A stretch of DNA of 64,000 nucleotides from Gammaproteobacteria bacterium (lineage in GTDB: Bacteria; Pseudomonadota; Gammaproteobacteria; Natronospirales; DASSBR01), in assembly GCA_035708085.1 (NCBI GenBank), contig DASSTE010000055.1:1975-65974 (forward strand), read 5' to 3'. The position numbers were made by a program, and so were the translations under genes. Shown here in pieces: positions 19,665-26,153 of the stretch (position 1 is its first letter; each line of letters begins with the position of its first letter). The notes below the pieces were generated by a model. It saw only the letters and a program-made list of their open reading frames with translations, was not told the origin of the DNA and did no database searches.

Positions 19665-22106
19665 TCACTGCTCCACGATCGCTACGGCCGGGTCGAGCTT
19701 CGCCGCACGACGTGCCGGTAGATAACACGCGAGCAGCGTGATGACAGCCATGACGATGGCGGTACCGGCCAACGTCAGCGGGTCGAACGGCGCGACACTG
19801 AACAGGCGCGCCGAGAGCAGGTACCCCATCACGACAGCGAGGGCCAGGCCCACCACCAGGCCGACCGCGAGCAGCTTGAGCCCGTCCTTCAACACCAGCC
19901 ACAGCAGGTCCTCGGGCAGCGCGCCCAGGGCCAGGCGCACTCCGCACTCGGTGGTACGCTGACCGACGGCGTAGCTCATGACGCCGTAAACACCGATGAT
20001 GGCGAGGGCCAGCGCGATTGCGCCAAATGCGAGGATCAGAATCATCAGCGACTGGCGACCTTGCAAGTTGTGCGCGATCAGGTCCTGCACCGATTCAAAG
20101 TCATTGGCGGTGGCGCCGGGAGCAACCTGCGCTACTGTGGCCTTGATCGCCTTGACCTGCGAATAAGGCGGCAGCGTGGTCTGGACCACGAGCGCAAGCG
20201 CCCCTCCCCGCTGCGCAAGCATCGCCAGCCATTGGGCCGACTGGCTCACCGGGAAATAGGCGGTGCCCATGTTGTTCGCGCGACTCAGTTGCTCTGCGCG
20301 CATCGACGAAACAACACCGACGATCGTGGTTTTCGTATCCCCCATTTTCAGGGTGCGCCCGACAGGATTTTTGCCGGGATACGCCTGTTGTGCCATGACG
20401 TCATCGATCACCATGACAGGCTGGCTGTGCGCAGTATCCTGCGCATTGAACAGCCGCCCGCGCAGCAGCCGCAAGCCAAGCGTATTGAAATACCCGGTAT
20501 CGGTAATATTCCACCAGGCGAATGGCGCATACTTCGGCCGCCCCGGGACTTCATAGCTGCCGTTGACCCCGTAGCTGAGCGGCAACTGCAACGCCACGCC
20601 CGCGCTTTCCACCCCCGGCACGGCATGGATTTGATCGAGCAATTGATGGTAAAAACTCGCCGCGGCCTCGCCCGACACCTGCGGCGGCGGCGCAACTTTG
20701 GCCGTCAAGACATGGCTTGTGCGAAAACCGGGATTGATGCCGCTTAACTCAATGAAACTGTGCATCAGCAGCCCGGCGCCGGCGAGAAGCGCGGCCGCCA
20801 GAGCCATTTCAGCCACAGCCAGAACATTGCGAACGTGCCTGGCGCCGCGCCCACCGCCGATGCTGCGGCCGCCTTCCTGCAAGATGCCTTGCAGGTTGCC
20901 CCGACTGAAATGTCTGATGGGCAAGAGGCTGATTACAACCGCCACCAGGAGTACAGCCCCAAACGTAAATACACCGACGCGCCAATCGGGGTTTATGGTG
21001 AAAATCTGCGATCCTCCGAGGCCCAGATTTTGTACGAAGCCGAGCGCCCACCAGCCGAGTGCCATACCGGCGATGCCGCCGGGCACCGCCAGGCAAAGGC
21101 CTTCGATCAACAGTTGGCGTGCAAGGACTCCGCGAGTCGCGCCCAGCACGCTGCGCATGGCGAGTTCATGCGTGCGGCCGAGAATGCGTGCGAGCAAGAG
21201 GTTGGCGACGTTGACGCAGGCGATCAAAAGAACCATCAGTACGGCCGCCTGCAGCAAGAACAGGGTCGAGTCTTCGTCGCCGACGAGCTTGTCGCGATAC
21301 GGACGTGCGTTCCAGTCAAGGCCGACCTGGTCCTGCGACTGTTTCATTTCCGAACTGGTATCGATAACCTGATCGAGAACCGCCGCTAGTCGTGCATTCG
21401 CCTGCTGCAGGCTCACGCCCGGCTTCAGTCGCGCAATCACCGGCGAATTCTGGTTGCGCCGGAATGCTTCCGATTTCATCTTCGCGGTCATCACGTACGG
21501 CGTCCACAGCCGCGCCAAACCGAAACCGATATCGACATTCATGGTTCGTGGCATCACACCGATGATCGTGTACGGCTCCCCATTCAACTTGATGGACTGG
21601 CCGATCACGCTCCGGTCGGCGCCGAAGGTCTGTTGCCAGAAACTGTAGCTCAACACGACAACATGACCGCGCCCGGGCTGCTGCGCGGTACTGTCAAAGG
21701 TGCGCCCAAGCAGCGGTTTGACGCCGAGCACATCGAATAACGACGCCGTCGCCATCGACGCATGTACCCGCTGCGTCTGACCCCCCGCCTGCACGGCATA
21801 ACTTCGCCACGTCCACGCGCCGATCGACGAGAACACGTCATGAGTGTTTTGTTTGATGCTCAGATAGTTCGGCAGCGATAACGGCGCATGCTGAATCCCC
21901 GGCTTGATCTGATGCTCGCTGACGTCTACCAGTTGCTCACTGTGCGGGTACGGCAGCGGTTTCAGCAGATAGCCGTTGAGCACACTGAACACGGCTGTAT
22001 TGGCGCCAATGCCGAGCGCCAGCGTCAGGATCGCCGCAGCCGCGAAGCCGGGCTTCGATGCCAGCTGGCGCAGGCTGAACCGCAGGTCCGTTAACAGGCC
22101 GTTCAT
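19665..22106 (-). CDS. ADOP-type duplicated MacB/FtsX ABC permease, paralog 1 (first after the ATPase)
   Basis: 813 aa ORF (MNGLLTDLRFSLRQLASKPGF...). Its N-terminal periplasmic region most resembles paralog 7. It starts 18 nt after the ATPase stop. Confidence 0.93.
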   Translation of the reverse strand: MNGLLTDLRFSLRQLASKPGFAAAAILTLALGIGANTAVFSVLNGYLLKPLPYPHSEQLVDVSEHQIKPGIQHAPLSLPNYLSIKQNTHDVFSSIGAWTWRSYAVQAGGQTQRVHASMATASLFDVLGVKPLLGRTFDSTAQQPGRGHVVVLSYSFWQQTFGADRSVIGQSIKLNGEPYTIIGVMPRTMNVDIGFGLARLWTPYVMTAKMKSEAFRRNQNSPVIARLKPGVSLQQANARLAAVLDQVIDTSSEMKQSQDQVGLDWNARPYRDKLVGDEDSTLFLLQAAVLMVLLIACVNVANLLLARILGRTHELAMRSVLGATRGVLARQLLIEGLCLAVPGGIAGMALGWWALGFVQNLGLGGSQIFTINPDWRVGVFTFGAVLLVAVVISLLPIRHFSRGNLQGILQEGGRSIGGGRGARHVRNVLAVAEMALAAALLAGAGLLMHSFIELSGINPGFRTSHVLTAKVAPPPQVSGEAAASFYHQLLDQIHAVPGVESAGVALQLPLSYGVNGSYEVPGRPKYAPFAWWNITDTGYFNTLGLRLLRGRLFNAQDTAHSQPVMVIDDVMAQQAYPGKNPVGRTLKMGDTKTTIVGVVSSMRAEQLSRANNMGTAYFPVSQSAQWLAMLAQRGGALALVVQTTLPPYSQVKAIKATVAQVAPGATANDFESVQDLIAHNLQGRQSLMILILAFGAIALALAIIGVYGVMSYAVGQRTTECGVRLALGALPEDLLWLVLKDGLKLLAVGLVVGLALAVVMGYLLSARLFSVAPFDPLTLAGTAIVMAVITLLACYLPARRAAKLDPAVAIVEQ

Positions 22107-22124
22107 GTTATGGACTCCCTGTGC

Positions 22125-22862
22125 TTATTCGGCAACTGGCGAGGCTGCCGGAGCCGGATTGGCGATGGTGATGTCCTCGTCGACGATCTGGCCGTCGAAG
22201 AGCTGGATCGTGCGTGCGGCGCGGGTCGCGTAACGCGGATCATGCGTGACCATGCAAATCGTTGCGCCGGCATGGTGCAACTCGTCCATCAGTTCCATTA
22301 CCGCCTCGCCACTGGCCGAATCCAGATTACCGGTCGGCTCGTCGGCGAGCAGAATCGAGGGCTCGCCAACCAGTGCGCGAGCCACGGCAACGCGCTGCTG
22401 CTGACCGCCGGAAAGCTGCGACGGGTAATGGTTGACGCGGTGCGCCATGCCGACCCGTTCCAGCACCGTATTCACCTTTTCGCGCCGTTCTTCCTTGCTC
22501 GTGCCGCCGCGATACACCAGCGGCAGCTCGACGTTCTCATACACGCTTAAGTCGCCGATCAGGTTGAACGTCTGGAAAATGAAACCGATCTCGCGATTAC
22601 GGATGTGCGCCCGGTCGGCATTGTCGAGTTCCTCAACCGCCGTGCCGTTCAACTGATAAGTGCCGCTGGTCGGTGTCGACAGCAGGCCGAGGATCGACAT
22701 CAGCGAGGTCTTGCCGCAGCCGGAGGGGCCGAGGATGGCGACGTATTCGCCACGGTCGATGTCGAAGCTGATGCCGTTCAGCGCGTACGTCTCGACTTCG
22801 TCGGTGGCGTAGATCTTTTTCAGGTTGTCGATTCTGATCAGCTGCATTTCATCGTCTTTCAT
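22125..22862 (-). CDS. ABC transporter ATP-binding protein, MacB/LolD/FtsE-type stand-alone NBD
   Basis: Walker A GPSGCGKTS, signature LSGGQQQR, Walker B ILLADEPTGNLD, H-loop VTHD. I prefer ATG 22862 (MKDDEMQLIRI...) because GGAG lies 6 nt upstream. The ORF-track start at 22889 would overlap the adaptor gene by 8 nt. Confidence 0.92.
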   Translation of the reverse strand: MKDDEMQLIRIDNLKKIYATDEVETYALNGISFDIDRGEYVAILGPSGCGKTSLMSILGLLSTPTSGTYQLNGTAVEELDNADRAHIRNREIGFIFQTFNLIGDLSVYENVELPLVYRGGTSKEERREKVNTVLERVGMAHRVNHYPSQLSGGQQQRVAVARALVGEPSILLADEPTGNLDSASGEAVMELMDELHHAGATICMVTHDPRYATRAARTIQLFDGQIVDEDITIANPAPAASPVAE

Positions 22863-22881
22863 CGTTTGCTCCGGTTTGCGA

Positions 22882-24153
22882 TTACCCATGACTCAACTCG
22901 ATTCGGTCGTACTGGCTCCATTGGGAGGTATCCGACACAATGACCTTGTCGCCCGGCTTGAGCCCGGCGACGACCTGTACGGCGTTGGCCGACGTGCGGC
23001 CCAGTTCAACTTTGGTGCGCGTCGCCAGATCGCTGCCCGGCACCAGCCGGAACACGCTCAGCGTGTCGCCCGCCTGCACGCCTGCCGGGCGATCCATGTA
23101 GAGCACGTTATCGAGCTTCGCGAGGACGATTTCGCCCTGCACGTCCAAGCCGCTGCGCAGATCCTTCGGCGGATCGCCGACCGGCGCGACATCGATTTCG
23201 ACGGTGCCGTTCTCCACCGTCGGATTGACGCGAATGACCTTGCCGACGAAAGTGCTGTTGGCGCCGCCGAACGCGGTCAGCATCACGTGCTGGCCGATCG
23301 CGATTGCGCCCGCCTGCGATTCGGCGACCTGCAGCTTAGCCATCAGGTTGTTCTGCTGCGCGATGCGCGCGATGTCCGCGCCAATCGCCAGGTGTTGGCC
23401 GTCCTGCACCGCGACTTGCGTCACGATGCCGGTCATGCCGGCTTTCACCTGCAGGTTGTCGAGGTCGCGCTCACGCGCGGCGAGGTCGGCCTTGAGCTGC
23501 GCGACTTCCGCCTGCTTCGCGTTGACCTGCGCATCGAGGCTCGCCTTGAACTGCTGAATACGCTGCTTGTCGGATGCCACCTTCTGCTTGAGTTGTTCCG
23601 CCTTCGCGACAGTCTGCCGGTAATCCAATTCGGAGATAATGTGTTCCTTGACGACCTGCGCCTGAGCCTTTTTCTGGAACTGCGCGACCTGGTAGTTGCT
23701 CTCGTCCTGCGCCAGCGTGTTTTCGAGATCGAGCAACTGGCTTTGCAGTTGCGCCTTCAGCGATGCCAGATCCGCCTTGCCCGTTGCTACCTTCGTCTTC
23801 GCCTGCGCCACCGCCTGCACGACCTCCGGGTTGTGCATGACGACCAGAACGCTGTCCGGCTTGACATGATCGCCCGGCCGCACCAGGCGCTTCTCGACCA
23901 CCCCGGCGGCGGGCGCAGTGACCCATTGAATAACGCGCGGCGTCAAAACACCCGACGCCTGCACGGTAATCGTCAGCGGACCCTGCTTGACGGTGCTGAC
24001 CAGCACCGACGAGCGCGGCACGCTGGGCGCGGCAGGCTTAAGAAATGCGACCAGCACGATCGCGGCAATAACGACTGCGGCGGCGGAACCGATCAGCGCG
24101 AAGCGCTTGCGCTGACGTTTGCGGCGATGTTCGGCGGAACGGGGCTTGTCCAT
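22882..24153 (-). CDS. HlyD/MacA-family periplasmic adaptor (membrane fusion protein)
   Basis: N-terminal basic stretch plus TM (RKRFALIGSAAAVVIAAIVLVAF), then a long coiled-coil (QAKTKVATGKADLASLKAQLQSQLLDLEN...) and beta-barrel-like C-terminal domains. The ORF-track start (TTG 24189) is replaced by ATG 24153 (MDKPRSAEH...), which has AGAGGA 5 nt upstream and lies downstream of the sigma-54 promoter. Confidence 0.9.
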   Translation of the reverse strand: MDKPRSAEHRRKRQRKRFALIGSAAAVVIAAIVLVAFLKPAAPSVPRSSVLVSTVKQGPLTITVQASGVLTPRVIQWVTAPAAGVVEKRLVRPGDHVKPDSVLVVMHNPEVVQAVAQAKTKVATGKADLASLKAQLQSQLLDLENTLAQDESNYQVAQFQKKAQAQVVKEHIISELDYRQTVAKAEQLKQKVASDKQRIQQFKASLDAQVNAKQAEVAQLKADLAARERDLDNLQVKAGMTGIVTQVAVQDGQHLAIGADIARIAQQNNLMAKLQVAESQAGAIAIGQHVMLTAFGGANSTFVGKVIRVNPTVENGTVEIDVAPVGDPPKDLRSGLDVQGEIVLAKLDNVLYMDRPAGVQAGDTLSVFRLVPGSDLATRTKVELGRTSANAVQVVAGLKPGDKVIVSDTSQWSQYDRIELSHG

Positions 24154-24189
24154 GAAATCCTCTGGTTGCGGGTTATACCGTATACGCAA

Positions 24190-24204
24190 GCAAAAACCAT
24201 GCCA
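24190..24204 (-). promoter_or_regulatory. sigma-54 (-24/-12) promoter P1 for the adaptor-ATPase-permease operon
   Basis: The minus strand reads TGGCAT-GGTTT-TTGC, with the invariant GG and GC at the canonical spacing. The predicted transcription start is near 24179, about 26 nt upstream of ATG 24153. An NtrC-type activator gene is adjacent. Confidence 0.75.
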
Positions 24205-24270
24205 AACTGACGTTGTCGTTATCTTTCCAGTGGTTACGCATTTATTTTAAGGTTGATGATAAGATGCGAA

Positions 24271-24307
24271 TGTTCGATTATGGGACGGCGCGTCCCATAA
24301 TCGAACA
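24271..24307. promoter_or_regulatory. UAS1: 17-N3-17 perfect palindrome, candidate enhancer-binding-protein site for P1
   Basis: TGTTCGATTATGGGACG-CGC-CGTCCCATAATCGAACA on the minus strand. It lies 66 bp upstream of the TGGCAT of P1. It matches UAS2 at 32 of 37 positions. Confidence 0.7.
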
Positions 24308-24330
24308 CATGAAGCCATTCCCGATACCTC

Positions 24331-24561
24331 TCACTCATAGCGGACTCGCCCATACGCCAGAAGCGAACTCAACTCGCCGCAACGGCGGGGCATTTTTCTA
24401 CGGCCGTCAGCACACGCAACGTTTTCGCGCCGATCCGTCGCCAAAACCACCACGTCAGGCAACTCGCAGCGTCGAGCTGCAAGCTCATTGCTGCAGGCGG
24501 CGAGCCCTTTTCTACGCGAGCCCCCAGTTTCGAGCGTAGGCACACGCAATAATCCGTTCAT
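24331..24561 (-). CDS. candidate small basic Cys-containing protein (76 aa), or the non-coding body of a sigma-54-dependent short transcript
   Basis: ATG at 24561 with GGAGA 7 nt upstream, about 56 nt downstream of the predicted P2 start. The peptide MNGLLRVPTLETGGSRRKGL... has 4 Cys, 13 Arg, no TM segment and no signal peptide. By my count 30 of 76 codons end in A/T (AGA x2, CGA x2, TTA), which is atypical for this genome, so coding status is uncertain. Confidence 0.3.
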   Translation of the reverse strand: MNGLLRVPTLETGGSRRKGLAACSNELAARRCELPDVVVLATDRRENVACADGRRKMPRRCGELSSLLAYGRVRYE

Positions 24562-24628
24562 GTCACTATCTCCGAATTACCGTCCAATACTGATCCACTT
24601 CAACAGCGGACCTCCTGCATTTACTCAA

Positions 24629-24643
24629 GCAAATACTGTGCCA
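24629..24643 (-). promoter_or_regulatory. sigma-54 (-24/-12) promoter P2, a duplicate of P1
   Basis: The minus strand reads TGGCAC-AGTAT-TTGC, a consensus -24/-12. From TGGCA onward, 19 of 24 positions match P1, including the downstream TTGxGTAxA. Confidence 0.75.
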
Positions 24644-24707
24644 ATACTGCTGTTGGATGTATTTCAAGCACTTAGCGTTTAGTTGCCATGCGCAAGGCGG
24701 TAACATT

Positions 24708-24744
24708 TGTTCGATTCCGGGACGTCGCGTCCCGTAATCGAAGA
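24708..24744. promoter_or_regulatory. UAS2: 17-N3-17 near-perfect palindrome, candidate enhancer-binding-protein site for P2
   Basis: TCTTCGATTACGGGACG-CGA-CGTCCCGGAATCGAACA on the minus strand. It lies 64 bp upstream of the TGGCAC of P2. It sits 40-80 bp upstream of the divergent activator gene start. Confidence 0.7.
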
Positions 24745-24785
24745 TCGTGTACCATGCGGCAGCATTGAAAAGCGCACATTTCGCC

Positions 24786-26153
24786 ATGCCCCAGCCCAAC
24801 ATTCTCATTGCCGACGACAAGCAGCACATTCTCGACAGCCTGCGACTGCTGCTGAAGAGCGAGAACTTGCGCCCGCTGTGCGTACAGTCGCCCGCCGCGG
24901 CGCTGGAAGCGCTGCGCACGCAGGTTTTTGATGCCGCCTTGATCGACCTCAACTACACCCGGGACACCACCTCCGGCGCAGAGGGGCTGGAACTGCTACA
25001 GGCCCTGCATCGTCTGGACGACAGCCTGCCGGTCATCGTCATGACGGCCTGGGGCAGCGTGGAACTTGCCGTCGAGGCCATGCGCCAGGGCGCGGCGGAT
25101 TTCATCGAGAAGCCATGGGACGACGCGCGTCTGCTCAGCGTGCTGCGCAACCAGATTGCGCTGGCGCACGCGCTCAAGCAGGGCCGCCGACTGAACGCGG
25201 AAAATGCCTTACTGCGCGAACGCCGGCCGATCCAATTCATCGCCGAGTCGCCCGCGATGCGGGAAATCATGCGGCTTGCCGAGCAGGTGGCGTCCGCCGA
25301 TGCGGCCGTGCTGATCACCGGGGAGAATGGCACAGGCAAGGGAGTGCTGGCGCGGCACATTCATGATCTTTCCGCGCGCGCCGGGCAACCCTTCATTCGC
25401 GTCAACCTCGGCGGGCTGGCGGAGTCGCTGTTCGAAAGCGAGTTGTTCGGCCACGTCAAAGGTGCGTTTACCGATGCCAAGTCCGACCGCATGGGCCGCT
25501 TTGAACTGGCCGACGGCGGAACGCTGTTTCTGGATGAAATCGGCAACCTGACGATGGAACAGCAGGCGCGGCTGTTGCATGTGCTGGAGGAAGGCGAATT
25601 CGAACGGGTCGGCGCTTCGCGGCCGATCCGGGTCGACGTGCGTATCGTGTCAGCAACGAACGTCGATCTGCAAAGAGCGATCAGCTCCGGGCATTTCCGC
25701 AAGGATTTGTATTACCGGCTCAACACGGTGCGCATCGAATTGCCGCCGTTGCGCGACCGCCCACAGGACATCGAGCCGTTGACCATGCAGTTCCTGGCAC
25801 ACAATGCGCAACGCTACGGCAAAACCATATCCGGTCTCGCCCCCGAGGCCGCCGCGGCTCTCGCCCGCTATCCCTGGCCCGGCAACGTCCGCGAACTGCA
25901 GCACGTGATGGAGCGCGCAGTACTGCTTGCCCAGGGCGATGTTCTGACGGCGCAGGATCTGCGGCTGGAGACCGGCGACGCGATCGGCGATACCGCCGGC
26001 ATGGAATACATGACGCTCGCCGACGCCGAGCAGCATTTGATTCGCGCGGCGCTGCATCGCTGCGGCGGCAGCGCCAACGAAGCGGCTGCGGTGCTCGGAG
26101 TAAGTCGAAGCGCTCTGTATCGAAGGTTGCAGCGGTATGGCATCGGCGATTAG
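24786..26153 (+). CDS. sigma-54-dependent response regulator (NtrC family: REC + AAA+ + Fis-type HTH)
   Basis: REC domain (NILIADDKQ..., AALIDLNY, VIVMTAWGS, FIEKP). AAA+ domain (GENGTGKGVLARHIH, ESELFGHVKGAFTDA, which is the GAFTGA-type loop, FLDEIG). C-terminal HTH (AAAVLGVSRSALYRRLQRYGI). The start could instead be GTG 24747. Neither start has a strong SD. Confidence 0.92.
   Translation: MPQPNILIADDKQHILDSLRLLLKSENLRPLCVQSPAAALEALRTQVFDAALIDLNYTRDTTSGAEGLELLQALHRLDDSLPVIVMTAWGSVELAVEAMRQGAADFIEKPWDDARLLSVLRNQIALAHALKQGRRLNAENALLRERRPIQFIAESPAMREIMRLAEQVASADAAVLITGENGTGKGVLARHIHDLSARAGQPFIRVNLGGLAESLFESELFGHVKGAFTDAKSDRMGRFELADGGTLFLDEIGNLTMEQQARLLHVLEEGEFERVGASRPIRVDVRIVSATNVDLQRAISSGHFRKDLYYRLNTVRIELPPLRDRPQDIEPLTMQFLAHNAQRYGKTISGLAPEAAAALARYPWPGNVRELQHVMERAVLLAQGDVLTAQDLRLETGDAIGDTAGMEYMTLADAEQHLIRAALHRCGGSANEAAAVLGVSRSALYRRLQRYGIGD

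Noticed and set aside
1113-21389. Many long plus-strand ORFs across the permease array (for example 1113-2096, 5876-6745, 8433-9323, 9781-10530, 12116-13126, 16471-17331, 20698-21372), plus alternative-frame minus-strand ORFs (for example 9908-11074).
   Set aside because: They lie antisense to, or out of frame with, minus-strand genes that have clear family homology. Their translations are Arg/Ala/Pro/Gln-rich low-complexity sequences typical of high-GC shadow ORFs. They also recur at the same relative position in each paralog.
1-24204. Whether the permease array is a horizontally acquired island or a mobile element.
   Set aside because: No integrase, transposase, flanking tRNA or direct repeats occur inside the window. 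Base composition looks like the rest of the window by eye. The left boundary is outside the window, so this cannot be judged.
22825-24210. 461-aa plus-strand ORF opposite the adaptor gene.
   Set aside because: It is antisense to a well-supported HlyD/MacA-like gene. Its sequence is a repetitive R/L/D-rich mirror of the coiled-coil codons.
24577-24603. 9-codon mini-ORF, stop included (TTG start; MKWISIGR), behind a strong AGGAGG immediately after the predicted P2 start.
   Set aside because: It is too short, and its non-ATG start gives too little support, to list as a feature. It is mentioned only as context in the small-transcript finding.
24213-24952. ORFs in the control region: 24213-24539 (+, 108 aa), 24707-24931 (+, 74 aa) and 24566-24952 (-, 128 aa). 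The first two share MFDYGTARPIIEH / MFDSGTSRPVIED.
   Set aside because: The shared peptide is just the translation of the duplicated UAS palindromes. The ORFs run through promoter and operator elements and into the regulator gene, and they have no SD.
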